Shown here: positions 46,889 to 63,065 of the stretch, piece after piece
Position numbering within the stretch: the first letter of the stretch is position 1
Layout of the letters: each line of letters begins with the position of its first letter
From: the human T2T-CHM13v2.0 reference genome, Homo sapiens
Reading direction: 5' to 3' (one strand)
Assembly (NCBI RefSeq): GCF_009914755.1
Contig: NC_060937.1
Length of the DNA: 64,000 nucleotides
The notes under the pieces: generated by a model
What the model saw: the letters and a program-made list of their open reading frames with translations, nothing else
The model's database searches: none
Told to the model about the DNA's origin: nothing
Position numbers and translations under genes: made by a program

Positions 46889-47604
46889 CTACAGGTCTAG
46901 AGGGAAGAGAAGCCATTGAATGTCTGTCAAAATCCAGCCAAGATTTCACTAAGAATATGCTAGCTGTATCCTTTCTCTCAGTCTCCCCCTTCCTGACCTC
47001 CTGGCCAGCGCTGACTCAGGATAGCAGAGGCTCTGCCAATTTCAGGGCACGCTTTTGCTCTCTGTTCAGTCACAGACCCACGTTAGGCCCTGTCAAAGCA
47101 GGAGAGGCCCTACACCTCTCTCATGAGGCACATAAGCAGTATTGGCATGCTGTTCTTTGGAAGGTTCCCCACAACTGTCCCTCGGCCCTCTGGCACTTTG
47201 GACAGGCTGGCCTTTTGGGCATTACCTGCCAGAGTCTCCGGAGTGTCCTCTGAGACTGGCTATGGGGAAACAGGGAAGGGGAAGGTGCTGGCGCTCATGC
47301 TGGAATAGTGCAATGTTTTGATCAAAGTTCACAGAGTGATCACTCCAGAGTAGCTGTGCTGTGTTTTTAGTCATGCTGACAGCAGCGAAGTGGCCTCTAC
47401 ACAAAGCCTTCTCTTGGTGCAGGATCAGAAACAGGGCTGGAGGGGGAGAACTCCTCGGTGCCGACTTACAAGGTCCCTAAGAAACAAGATCCCACCCGTA
47501 TCTCCCAACAAAGGTTCAACTCTTGTTTCTGAAGCATGTGCTGCTAAATTAATTAGTCCTTAGTGGCCAGGAGAGAAGGGCCCTTGGTCATTGTAGCCAT
47601 GCGG

Positions 47605-47682
47605 GTAATGCCCCACTGTCCCCACTCTCCCAGCCCCATCAGAGTAATACCCTACTACCCCCACTCTCCCAGCCCCATCAGG
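47605..47682. repeat. 39-bp imperfect tandem duplication
   Basis: gtaatgccccactgtccccactctcccagccccatcaga / gtaataccctactacccccactctcccagccccatcagg. Confidence 0.9.
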
Positions 47683-47891
47683 CCCCAGGGCTTGGCCTCT
47701 TGGAGGTGACTTACCCCTCTGGAGTGAGGCTCCATGAGGGCAGGGCCCCCTCTCTCTTAATCACTCTTGCATCCCTGACACCTGCAATCGTGCCCTGCAG
47801 AGAAAACATTCAATCAATATTTGTGGAATGAGTGAATCCATCACTGCAATTTTCTGTCCTGGGCTGGAGAATGGGCTTGCCTTCTCTTTAG

Positions 47892-48146
<255 letters not shown>

Positions 48147-48256
48147 TGATAGGAGAAAATGAGACAGCAAGTTTCAGATGTTCTCTGCCTTGATTTTATG
48201 ACAACATACAATAGAATAGGGCATGTTACAAGAAACCATAAAGAATATTCCAAACA

Positions 48257-48601
<345 letters not shown>

Positions 48602-49199
48602 TAAATAGGGTCCATAACTTGTTAGCTTGAATGCAAGGTAAAAATAAAATACAAATAAATAAAACAAAATAAATAAACAGGGTATTTTGAGTTGCTAGAA
48701 AAGAAAGAAAACCCTCATTTGGAAAAACCACAGGCCTCCTTGGAAGAAGTTAAGCTGGTGGTTAGGATGGGATCAAATTGTTGTCTTTATTAACAGCTGA
48801 CAGTTGCTGTGAGTAAAACTCTGATCAACCCATAAACCCAAAAGCAGATCAGATGTGGGAGAGTTCTCCTTCAGCTTTCCAGCAAACTTGTCTCCTGCTT
48901 CAACCAAGTCAGACCTGGGCTGAGCCTGCAATGAAGAGCCTCAGGTCAGAGTCCAAAAAGTCATTAGGAAAAACATATGAATGGTAAAGCCACAAATAAA
49001 GATACCACCTAACTTCTCTACCTAGTGCCTCATGTAATTGTCAGGCTACAGGAAAGAGCGCTTACTTAACTCTGCGCTTGGCACTTGACAAATGTTTATT
49101 GGCTACCATTATTATTGTCATTATTGTTATACTGATGTGCCACAGATATAGCCATTAACTTTCCAAGTCCCAAATTAGAAACCTCTGGTGTAAAATTTG

Positions 49200-49470
49200 T
49201 TGGGTGCAGTGGCTCATGCCTGTAATCCCAACACTTTGGGAGGCTGAGGTGGGTGGATCACAAGGTCAAGAGATGGAGACCATCCTGGTTAACATGGTGA
49301 AACCCTGTCTCTACTAAAAATACAAACATTAGCCAGGCATGGTGGCGGGCGCCTGTAGTCCTAGCTACTCAGGAGGCTGAGGCAGGAGAATCACTTGAAT
49401 CCAGGAGGCGGAGGTTGCAGTGAGCCAAGATCGTGCCACAGATCGAGACTCGGTCTCAAAAAAAAAAAAA
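49200..49470 (+). mobile_element. AluSc with 3' internal deletion
   Basis: ggatcacaaggtcaagagatggagaccatcctgg. Confidence 0.92.
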
Positions 49471-49664
49471 GTGTACATATACTCAGAGAACAAGATAGGC
49501 TACTTTGATCCAAGACTATCTAGAAAATTTCAGGCTGTGTGTAGCCCTTTTCATGGGCTCACTGTTGACAACCACTCCAGCCTAGTTGTGAAACTTACCC
49601 AAGTTCGTGTATTTTTGAGGGTACACAGGGTAGTGGTTCATCCAGCAAATCTAAATCCCAGTTG

Positions 49665-49920
49665 TTGCATTCAATTCAATTCAAACCACACATTGAGTAC
49701 CTAAATGTAAAATATTGAGCAGGGTGCTCCGAGGAATAGAAAAATGAAAAAGATGGCCCTGTCACTCAGACGCTCAAATCGTCAAGTCGTGGGGAGGCTA
49801 CCAGGCACAGGTACACAAATAACTCTAATTCAAGGCAGACAGCCCCAAGTGACACACAGAAGTATAAAAAGAAAATGCACTGGGAATGTGATGGCCTGAG
49901 GGATTAATTCCTGCAGGGGA
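49665..49920 (-). mobile_element. L2 3' fragment
   Basis: cattcaattcaattcaaaccacacattgagtacct...aactctaattcaaggcaga. Confidence 0.6.
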
Positions 49921-50548
49921 CAGGGGAGGAAATGGGAAGGGCTGCCCTCATGCTGAGTGCTGGGACTGGGGGAGATCAGCTTCATGATTAGTTACTGACA
50001 GCACCTGACCTACCGGGCTTTGGGGGGCAGTTTAAAGTATTTACACTTCATTTGGGCCCAGAAAGAAAATGAGTGCTCTCCATCCAAAACTGGAGGATAA
50101 AACTCCACAGCTAGAGAGCTTGGCTGAGGTCTCAAAGAGACGGGCCGAAACCCAGGCAAGAGAAGGATCGTGGCCTGAGCTTAGGTCCGCACGCTGCCCA
50201 CGTTTCTATTCATCTCCGCAATTACAGACCTTTCAGGCGCCTTTCTCCACACTGCAAATGGACCTGTCCTTGAACAAACTAATTAATGCTAATGTGTTAG
50301 GAGAGGTTAATAGATTGTAGGCCTGCAAGCCCCTCGAGGCAGATACTTGGATTTGATGGTAGAATTTCATTGCACGGAGTGGTGAGAGACTCGTTTTAAG
50401 CAGTTTCCGTTCTCATCTCATATGAAGGAGGCCATCTCCTTTGCTTGCAGGCAGAGCTGTCTCCGAGTGGGAAATTCTCCCCAGCATGGCTGTGTCCTAT
50501 GCAGCCACTAGCATAAAAGCATTTCTCCACCCCTTTAAAAGGCAGGCA

Positions 50549-50685
50549 AGCTGGGCACAGTGGCCTGTGCCTGCAGTCCCTGCTACTCGAGAGGCTGAGA
50601 CAGAAGAATCATTTGACTGCCCGAGTTTGAGAACTGCCTGCGCAACATGGTAAGACCCTTGTCTCCACACAAAAAAAAAAAAAAA
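50549..50685 (+). mobile_element. FLAM_A-like Alu monomer
   Basis: gctgggcacagtggcctgtgcctgcagtccctgctactcgagagg...gcaacatggtaagaccc followed by poly-A. Confidence 0.8.
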
Positions 50686-52569
50686 CAGTCAGGCATACAA
50701 TGTTGTTGGGGCACAGAGGTAGCCATGAGAAAATCTACAAATGAAAGACCCCACACAGTGGGCCTAGCCCTACTCATGATCCCACTTCTTCAACGTAAGA
50801 GACTAGCACCTTTCTCCACTACAGTCATGGCCAAGTTTAACTAATGAGTTGGGAGCTACTTGGGGGCCCTTTTGACACCACCAGAGCCGACAGAGATGCT
50901 CACAGCACTGAAATATGGAGAGTTTGAAGAATGTAGGACAAACCAGGAGAGCGATAATGGCCATGGAACAGGGTAGCTGGCTTCAGAAGTAGATTTGGAG
51001 CATTTTCAGCTCAGCTTGTTCCAGGCCTTCAATATTCACCAAGTAATCTGACTTGAGTTGTTTCCCAAATAGGCTCCTCTACCAGAAAGAATTATTCATT
51101 CATTGAACAAATATATTGATCCCCTACTATCAGCCAGAATGATTGAATATAGTTTAGTGGGAGGGGTAGATAAAACCATGCTGGGAGGCCTCCGTGTGGT
51201 CTGTACTGCATTTGAGGGAAGCCCAGGGTGTGAAGGGCCGTGGCACAGACCCTTCCCATCCAGAAGGTGGGTGGGGAACACTGCTCCTGGGAGATGACTG
51301 AATATTGAAGGAAGAATATATTAATATTATAATTCAAGAGATGAAGTGAAAGAAGGCATCCCAGAATAATGGATCCATATGGATGAAAGATTTGGAGGGG
51401 TCTCCTGCCTTAAATGATGACATTGAATTTCCTCTGTGTCTTGAAGGTTTGGCTGCATGAGTTGGTTATCATCCCAGGACCACCTCATCCATCCTAGAAC
51501 CACTAAATCTCAAACTTGCAGGCTAGAAGTAGGAAACCAATCCTTGGAAGTCCAAAATGTAGCCACGACTTGCCTTTGACCCCATCTGGAGTAAAGAGGT
51601 GCAGGCTGCCTGGTATAGCTGCAGAATAGGGAGTGGCCAGTGCTTGGGCCAGAAAGGAAGGCGAGGACCAATTACAAAAGGCCCCCTAGGCCATGCCGGC
51701 AAGTTGCCACAGGTCTCCTAAGCACAGATGTGTCTGTTTAGCAACTTGTTCATTATCAACTTGATGCAGGAGGGCCATGTTTAAGCCTAAATAGACATTG
51801 TTGAAAGTGGTGATTTGCCAACCATTCTTGACCCCCACACTTATAGAATAGTGAATCGGGAGGCAGTTGGGGGAGGATACTAGTACTAAAACCCCCTAGA
51901 AATGATAGATGGCTGCCCCTCACCTCATCGGCTTTCATCTAAATTAATGGAAAATGGCTTCTCACTCCCATTGTCTCTTAAAATGACGCGTTGGCTCCCT
52001 TATGTACCTAAGGTTGGAATCCCAGATGGGGAGGTGATATATCTCAGGTCGTGTTCAAGGGAGGAACTTGCTTCTCAAGTCTCAACTCCAAGATAAACAT
52101 GCTGTTACTGCCATGCACTTAGCTTCCAAAAACACAGCCATGAGGAAAATGCTTCATGCAATGTGACGCCGGAGGTATAATTAAACTTCAAAAGGGTATC
52201 AATTGCATCATGTTCAGGAAAAATGTAGAAAAATAAAAGCGGTACTGAAAGAAACCCTAAAACACCCCACCACCTACATTTATCTTGGGGAGAAGGAAAA
52301 TAAACTGAGGTGATCTCCTGGGGCACCAGATTTGCTCAAGTAGGGCTTCCGTTAACGTTGCACTGGAAAAGGGAGTTTCTTGTGTGTCTTTTCCAAATCT
52401 AATCTTTACGAAAAGACACATTCCAAGATTTTAGTTACCATCATGCCTCTGGAGCAAAAGAGGTAACAGTTGTGAAAATAGTTTGAACCATTTAAAAATC
52501 AAACTATGTAATAATCACATGCTAATATGATTAATGTTTTATTTTAGATCATGTTTGTTGGGAAAAGGT

Positions 52570-52780
52570 CAAGAGCAAGGGCTCTAGAGACAGATGGCTT
52601 GTTTCAGATTCCCGCAGTCTTTTCTGCTTCCTGACCTTAGATCAATAAAATACCTAAACTCTTGGAGCCTCAGTTTCACTGGCTGTAAAATAGAGGAGTT
52701 GTGGCAAGGCTGAAATGAGTCATTCCACAGAAAATTTGGGACTCATTGGCACACACTCAATAGCCAATAAATATTAACTC
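52570..52780 (+). mobile_element. MIR
   Basis: aagagcaagggctctagagacaga...gagcctcagtttc...ctgtaaaat; contains TGAGTCA at 52716-52722 overlapping CATTCC. Confidence 0.75.
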
Positions 52781-53452
52781 TGTTGCGATGATTCCCCTGG
52801 AGAGCCAGGGTTTCAGACTCTGTCTGGAACACACCAGTTTGCTTTGCAAAGACAAACTCTGTCCCTTGGCTAAACTTTCTGCCCCTCACTTTGGCTAACA
52901 CCTTCGAAAGGCATGTTTTTAAGGGTCCTCGTGAGAGGGTACAGACGAATCAACTAGTAAAAAATCAAGAAAGTCAGTGGCACCTTGTCCATATATGAAA
53001 GGTAGCACTTGTACTATGAAATTATATGGATTTTAAAGGAAGAGTCATGCCAGAGGAGTCTCAATTTTAAAGCTATTTAAATAAAGCTGTGTCAAGCAGA
53101 GAAACGACAGATATTACCATTCAAAATTCCAGAAAGCACACTTTGCCAAAACTCCAGGTTACTAAAGATGAAATTGATATTATCTTTCTAAAGACAGAAA
53201 TCCCAGGGAAAATGAACAAACACACCAAAAATAAAAAAAATTTTTTAAGCCTGCTTCTTTTATGCCTGTTGCCTGTCTGTAGCTGTCCAGGCTTGTTTAA
53301 CATTTAAATGCTGTTTAAAAAAAAAAAAAAAAAAGCCAAATCAGGTTTCATAAACTGATCTGTGTGGCTTCTAAAACAATAACCCTTCAGTTTAAGAGTT
53401 TGCAGCTTGGATCCTGATCTTAAATTCTGCCACTCTAAATTATTATAATCTA

Positions 53453-54040
<588 letters not shown>

Positions 54041-54159
54041 CTAACATATTAATTCTAAGTAGTGTTGGACTGAAGGTCAGGAATCTGATTTTGACCTTAG
54101 CACTAATGGGAATCCTGTGGGAATCCTGAGAGTGGCTGAATAAGTGCTGTAATATCACT

Positions 54160-54325
54160 AATAATTAATAATGATGATAATGTCCCAGGTTTCTTATTTT
54201 AGTGCTTTTTAGCCCCCGAAGGCTTCAAATCACTTTGCAGACCAATTGTTTCACCCACTGTTGACCTGTAACCGACTCAGCCATGGAATATTGCCCTGTT
54301 GTCAAGAACACAGCCACATTTAGCT
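54160..54325 (-). mobile_element. Probable AmnSINE1/amniote L2 3' tail
   Basis: agtgctttttagcccccgaaggcttcaaatcactttgcagac...ttcacccactgttgacctgtaaccgactc...cacagccaca resembles the recalled AmnSINE1/AmnL2 tail; adjacent (TAA)n-like tract. Confidence 0.45.
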
Positions 54326-54510
54326 TGTTTAAGCATGAACTGAAGAAAGATACCCACTGAAAATTAAAGTGTAAATTTTAGGTAGGCAGGTTATAATTAT
54401 CCACTTGAAATCAAGCCAAGAAATGGAGCTTAAAACCCTTTCTTTTGTGAAAAGCACCCAGGCAACTTTCTGGACTGTATACAGACATCGGCTTTTCATC
54501 TCCTCTAACT

Positions 54511-54752
54511 CAGGGTTTCTCATTCTCAGGACTGTCGGCATCTTGGGCTGAATGATTTTCCACTGTGCTGGTGGAGGGGGCTGTCCTGTGCATGGTAGGA
54601 TGTTTACAGCATCCCTGGCCCCTACCCACTAGATGCCAGTAACACACACACATACACTCTCTCCCAGTGTGACAACTGAAAATGTCTCCTGACATTGCCA
54701 AATGTCTCCTGGGCGGGGCGGGGGGCAAAGTCACCGCCAGTCAAGAACTGCT
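54511..54752 (+). mobile_element. MER20
   Basis: cagggtttctca...ctgtcctgtgcatggtaggatgtttacagcatccctggcc...aatgtctcctgacattgccaaatgtc. Confidence 0.9.
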
Positions 54753-54932
54753 GTTCTAATTCCATATGTTTTCAAAGCTGGGGTATAGGTATTAGAAGCA
54801 GCTGCCTCACCAAACCTTTTATTTCTCCAAGTTGCTTGAAAGATTCCTGGTGAAAGAGGGACATTTATCTGCCTACAGCCTTGGGCAGTCAGAGAAACTA
54901 TGGTTTAGGGCTGAAATTAGCTCCTCCTTCAC

Positions 54933-54969
<37 letters not shown>

Positions 54970-55457
54970 CGATAACACAATTCCAGACTATCAAACACCA
55001 CCAATCCTCCAAAAGTCTCTCTTCCTGACATATAACTTCCCACAAGTGGCTGCTTGAGGTTGTAACAGAATAGCACTGTGACAGCTTCAGGATCCCTGAT
55101 GCCCACCTCTCAGACTTCACGGGGTCAGAGTTCCTCGCCCTTCTGGAATCTACAGCCTCTGTCAAACAGCAGATAGGTGGCTTGGATTGAAATGCCTAGA
55201 GACACCGTGATCATTCCAGCTACCACCAAATCTGACCATGATCTGTCACCAGCAGCTTCTTACTCACCCCCATTACACCCACAAACCCTCCAGGAACCTC
55301 AGCTCCAGAAGCTACCCTCACCGCCTGGCCCAGGCTGGTGCCTCCGGACACCTTCCACACCCAAGGGAGGTGGCTTGTGAACATTTTCCACCACAGCCCA
55401 TTATAAGAAACATATTCTACATCACGAGCCCCCTGTCGTTCACGCATACAAAAACAC

Positions 55458-55890
55458 ATTTTTATTTTGAACTAATTTTAGACTTGCAGAAAAGTTGCAA
55501 CAATAGTCCAAGAAATTTTTATATATCCCTCATCCAGCTTCCCCTACTATTAACAACTTGTGTAACCATAGTACAATTGTCATATTCAGGAAATCAACAT
55601 CGGCATGATACTATCAACCAAACTGAAGACACCAGCTTTCCACTGATACCCCTTTTCAGTTCCAGGGTCCTATTCAGGACCCTGCATTGCATTCAGCTGC
55701 CTGTCTCTTTAGTCTCCTGTAGTCTGTGACTTTTTCCTCAGTCTTTCCTTGACTTTCATGACCTTGACAGTTTTGAAGAGGTGTTTTGTCGAGTGTCCCC
55801 CAATTTTGGTTTGTATGATGTTTTTTCATGATTGGACTGAGGTTATGCATTTTTTTTATTAAGAACGTCACAGAGATGATATTGTGCACC
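55458..55890 (-). mobile_element. L1MC-type 3' UTR
   Basis: ttattttgaactaattttagacttgcagaaaagttgca...cagtctttccttgactttcatgaccttgacagttttgaagag. Confidence 0.85.
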
Positions 55891-55961
55891 CGCCCCCCGC
55901 AATATATATCTTAAACAGAAGTTTCTGGAAACTACCTTTGCTATGTGAGATACACTCTGGC

Positions 55962-56278
<317 letters not shown>

Positions 56279-56342
56279 ATATATATTATATATTTTATAT
56301 ATATATATATAATATATATATAAAATATATATATATATATTA
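56279..56342. repeat. AT-only (TA)n tract containing a 20-bp perfect inverted repeat
   Basis: 56287-56306 pairs with 56312-56331 (tttt/aaaa in register). Confidence 0.9.
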
Positions 56343-56347
56343 CAGAA

Positions 56348-56425
56348 GGCCAGGCGCGGTGGCTCACGCCTGTAATCCCAGCACTTTGGGAGTCCGAGGC
56401 GGGTGGATCACGAGGTGGATCACGG
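56348..56425 (+). mobile_element. Alu 5' end only (~65 nt), ending in an 11-bp duplication
   Basis: ggccaggcgcggtggctcacgcc...ggtggatcacg a ggtggatcacg. Confidence 0.9.
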
Positions 56426-56499
56426 GTGGCCAGAGAACAAGCTGGCCAGCCTAAGGGAACATAAAAGAAATCGAATGAGGCTTTGCTCTCTCTATTTTA

Positions 56500-57075
56500 G
56501 TGACCGCTGACTGCGGAGCAACGCTCTTGTGTTCTGCGGGCCCAGCAGCTCCGGGAACGGTCAGCGTCGGGGGCCAGCCTGGCGGGACATTTGGGGTCCC
56601 CCATACGTGGACCTATGCCTGTTGTAAGATGTTTGGAAGAGCGTCGAAAGATGAGATCATGTTGTGTCCTTGGAAGCTGAATGAAGAACCGGCTTGCAAA
56701 GGAGAAGCGCGTGCAGTCCCGGCGCGGCCCGCTCTGCTCAGTTCTCCAGGGCGGGCCTTGGCCTGGACTGCGTGTCGGGAGGACTCGCGGGCCCCGCATT
56801 GCCGCATGCCACCGGCAGGTGTCTCTTTCCTGGCTTGGGAACCTATTGTGAGTTCACCAAATGGAGGCGCGAGGAGGAGGGGGCGGGCAGGGGAGGGGCG
56901 CCGAGAGCCGGAGCGGGCACCGCCCCCTGCCTGCCCGCTCCCCGAGCGCACCGCGGCCCAGCCACGAGGCTGCCGGTCCTCACCTTTGAAACGCCGGCAG
57001 CTGCGCGCGCTGCGGCAGGCGCGGAGAGGAGCCACCTCGTCACGTGGGGAGGAAATGCCTTGCCGGCCTCCAAAC
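56500..57075. promoter_or_regulatory. CpG island (promoter- or enhancer-like; no coding exon recognised)
   Basis: GC-rich, dense undepleted CpG in non-Alu sequence; GGGGCGGG boxes; GTCACGTG E-box near 57039-57046. Confidence 0.8.
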
Positions 57076-58571
57076 CTACTGGCTCTTGTTTCTGGGGTTT
57101 TATGGCCAGGAGAGTGGGCTCAGCTCTCAAACCCAAGATCAAAGGACAGTGCAGGACCCATCACCCTGGGAAGTTTTCTCCCTTTCCCGTCTTTCTCCTT
57201 CTCACCTTCTCAGAAAGCGTAGCGAAAGGGGCCTGCCACCCTACTGGCTTTTCCTTTTAGGGAAATTCCATTTCCTAACGTGTCCTGTTTTGAAAGAGGC
57301 CAATTTATTGGGTAATGACGGCAGCCTGCTAGGCAGAAGTCAGGCCAGGAGCAGTCGCTTTTATTATTTTATTCAACGAATGCCTACTGATCATCTCCCG
57401 GGTGCCAGGCGCTGTCGTGGGGGTTCAGTAGTGACCAAGGACTCAGACCCTGCCTTGGCTACCCACATCACCGAAGAAATGAGTTATCAGGCGACAAGGT
57501 GACTCCTGGGGCTCAGTACTTGAAAATCCAAGACACAAGAGCGGGAAATCCTCTCTCATACCAAGAGTGCACACTTTGCCTCTGGTTAGAACAGGGGTAA
57601 TGCCAGGTTTGCATTTCTTTGGACCTTTTCACTTCATTTAATAGTAACACTTGAAAACTCTTTACTGAGCGCTTACTCTGGGACTGGGACTCTGCTAGAT
57701 GCAGGGAATACCGTGGAGGACAAAATTCCTTCCTGTCCTTAAGGAGCTTGCAGCCCAGCAAGGGTAGTGAGCCTGTAAACACATAAACAAGCAGAACCTA
57801 GTGTTAGGTGTCTTGACTCCACCGATTGTAGGGCACAAAAAGAACCAGGATACAGGCCCTGCGGATAGCATTGGGGTATGGGATCAGACCCAAAGCCCCA
57901 TGATGCAGAGTCACATAGGAAAGCCACTATCTGGTGCTCCTGCCCTGGGAAGAACATCAGTTGTCCTCTCTCTTGGGACGAATAGAGGCATCCCAAATCG
58001 TGATCTTGGATCTGCTGTGCCTTCACTGATCCTATTCCCCTACAAATTCATTTCCCGGGAAGTTCCTAGGAACTGGTGTCAAACATCCTCATACTTTCCT
58101 TCCTTTCTCATGAAACTGTTCTAGTATCTGGCTGATATCCCCGTGTCTACCTTTACGTAGCTCAGTTTTTGTTGGGTTTTTGTTGCTGTTGTTGTTGTTT
58201 GCTTGTTTTTAATGTGCCAACATTATGTTTGGGCTTTTTTGCTTGCTTTTTGAAATAAATTTTTACAATTCAGAATTCCAGGAAAGACTTTCTTTTCTCA
58301 CTTACTAGGTTAACAGAACGCTAGCCATGTGGTTCTAACCTCTGGGGATTTTAGGCAGCGAAAATCTCATCACATAGCCAGAGAAATAATCACAAATTCC
58401 CACGACACACTTCCAGGCGGTATCACAGCTCCTGGCCTGCTTGAGATCTGTGGGAGTGAGTCAGTGCTGGAGATCTGAGCTGGAAGCTGCCTGGAGTCCT
58501 TCTGCACTGATATTTTGTCCCTTTTCCTCTAAGTCAAAAACACAAAGTCCTCTACAAACATTTTTTCATTA

Positions 58572-59130
<559 letters not shown>

Positions 59131-59911
59131 CTACCTAAATTGCCCTAGTAGTTACAATGGGATAATTCATTTCCTTTCTCAGCTATTGAGTGCTAAAATC
59201 ATTCTCCTTGGAACAGATGCAATGTCTTATCTAGAAAAATACCCAGAAAGCAACATTTATGACTATTTATAAGGGTGATGAGCACATTGGTTATGTAGAT
59301 TTAAAAAAATGAGGTACATCCTAATCATTCTTAAGATGCCCTCACAGTGATACATACTTCTCATGAAACCAAAATCTTCCTCCTCCAAATCTCACATAGT
59401 CCAAACCGTGCTTCAGAAAATGGGCATGGTTTCTATAAATCGAATCCATGGTCACATTTAAAACACTGAAGGTGTGTTCACATAGGAAAATTACTTCAGC
59501 AGACCAAATTTTAAAAATACTTTTTAATAAGAAAGAGGTGGCCTAACCTGTGACAACCTCATAAAATTTTGGAATAGGAAACAGTCTTAAGTATCATCTC
59601 ATTCAAAAACCAAACGGTATCCCTGACAAGTGGTTTTCTCAAATCCGTGGAAATACAACCAGTGGCAGGGACACCCCAAGTGACCCACCCTTTCCAACTC
59701 TTAGAAATGTTTTTTTTCCACAAAGCCTGAGATTCTCAAATCTTTTTTCCTTGAGCACTCACTCATCATTCTGTCCTGGCCATGTGGGAAAAACCTCTTC
59801 CACAAAGTAGCTCCTCCACGTGTTTGAATGCAGCTCTTAGAGGCTTTTCTTTTGTAGGTTTGCAGTACGGACTCATTTTATTCCTTAAGTCCATTAAAAA
59901 TTGCTTATTGT

Positions 59912-60562
<651 letters not shown>

Positions 60563-61134
60563 CTAGGATGGCTGAAGGATGGAAAAGGAAAACAAAGCCA
60601 CAGCCCTCCTGGAACATATATTCTATTGAGGAAGACAGAAAATAAACAGTTAAATAGGTACATTTATAATATAATGTAGGTAGTGATACATATATAGAAA
60701 GAAAGGCAGGGTAAAGAAACTGGGAATGAGAGTGTTTCTTTAGGTTGGGAGGTAAGAGAGGTCCTATTAAGGACATAACATTTGGACAAGGACCTGACTT
60801 TCAGAAAAATCTCCTGAACTGAGGGGATGAGCCATGTCAATATCTGGGGAGAGAAAAAAAAAAGGCCTTGAAATGATAAATGCTTGATGTCTGGGGAATA
60901 CCAATGAGGCCATCAGTGAAGAGGAAACAGTGAGGGGAAAGAGGTAGGAAGTGAGCTCTGAGAGGTAGCCAGCAGGGTCACACTTTGAAAGCAGGGACAT
61001 GACATGATTTCAAGAGGCTTTCCATCTTAATTACTATGTTCTCTGTATATTTTAGCTGGTCAAAGTCTCTGTAAAAGGTGGTCACCCAGAATTGCCTCCA
61101 GTATTCCAGGTGGGGCCTAACTGGCACAGAGTAA

Positions 61135-61648
<514 letters not shown>

Positions 61649-61725
61649 TGACATCAAGAAGCTTCAGGAAACCTCATCCTATAAATCAAGTGGTGGCCTA
61701 CTCATAGGAAAGTCCTTACAGATAC

Positions 61726-61838
61726 TTTTTTTTTAAAGAGATGGGTCCTCACTATGTTGCCCAGGCTGGACTCAAACAATCCTCCCGCCTCAGCCTCCCA
61801 AGTAGCTTGGACTATATATATAAGCCACTGGACCTGGC
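61726..61838 (-). mobile_element. FLAM-type monomer
   Basis: ctcactatgttgcccaggctgg...; TSD cagatac. Confidence 0.8.
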
Positions 61839-62465
61839 TCAGATACGTTTATGTATTTGCCTCATTCTGATGTCATTTAAATATGCCATGTTCCAAACAT
61901 CATGAACTTGTTTAGTGAGCTTTTAGGGGCCAGAATGTGGAATGCTATCCTATTAAACTCTATCTTATTAAACTTGACACATTGCTCCAGTCTTTTAAGA
62001 TGTTTTTGGCCTCTGGTTCTAGCATCTTAATGTATAAGCTATTCCTCTTATCTGTGTGTCAACAACAGATTTCACCAGCATATGACTTATAACAATATTG
62101 TACTGAGTGAGGCTTAAGATAGGGCCCCGTGGTAAGCCTATAAAGAACCCCGTCGAAGTTGAAATGGATCCATTACCAAGACTTTTGGGAAATGATTGTT
62201 CAACCAGCTAGCTGCAAATCAATCTAATTGTACCATGATCTACCCTACATCTCTCCATTAGCTAATCAAGAAGAACACTGTAAAATATTTTTGTCTAATG
62301 TCTTACTGAAATTTATATGCACCGCCTTGACCTTCTGCTCAACCATGCTGTCAAAGAAATTAAGTTCCACTTAAACTTTGAAGTTCCTATTTTCTTTCGT
62401 GCTGCTCTTTTACCAACTCTAGACATTTCCTCCCATTCTGGGGCTTGCCTAACTGCAGACACTAG

Positions 62466-62894
<429 letters not shown>

Positions 62895-63065
62895 TTGAAT
62901 CATGTTTTAAATATACAATGAACTGCTCAATCATTCAATCAATAAAGTTATTGATCACCCCCTCCATAAGTCTAATATTTCCAAAATGAAAAATCTTTTT
63001 GTAATACAAATGTAATACTTTCTAACATGAATTTTTGTTTACCTAGGCTGAATTTTCTCAAAACA

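Noticed and set aside
50549-50685. Possible BC200/7SL-type RNA gene
   Set aside because: Diverged FLAM monomer lacking the BC200 unique 3' domain and the 7SL S domain.
51414-51540. C-box-like ATGATGA suggesting a C/D snoRNA
   Set aside because: No CTGA D box or terminal stem within the following 120 nt.
54620-54642. CTCF-like ccactagatgccag in MER20
   Set aside because: Has C where the CTCF motif needs G (GATGGC); appears to be the ordinary MER20 sequence.
56500-57260. 240-aa and 188-aa ORFs, plus overlapping minus-strand ORFs, in the CpG island
   Set aside because: Open in several frames on both strands because GC-rich DNA lacks stop codons; Arg/Pro/Gly/Ala-rich, no recognisable domain; the 240-aa ORF starts at GTG.
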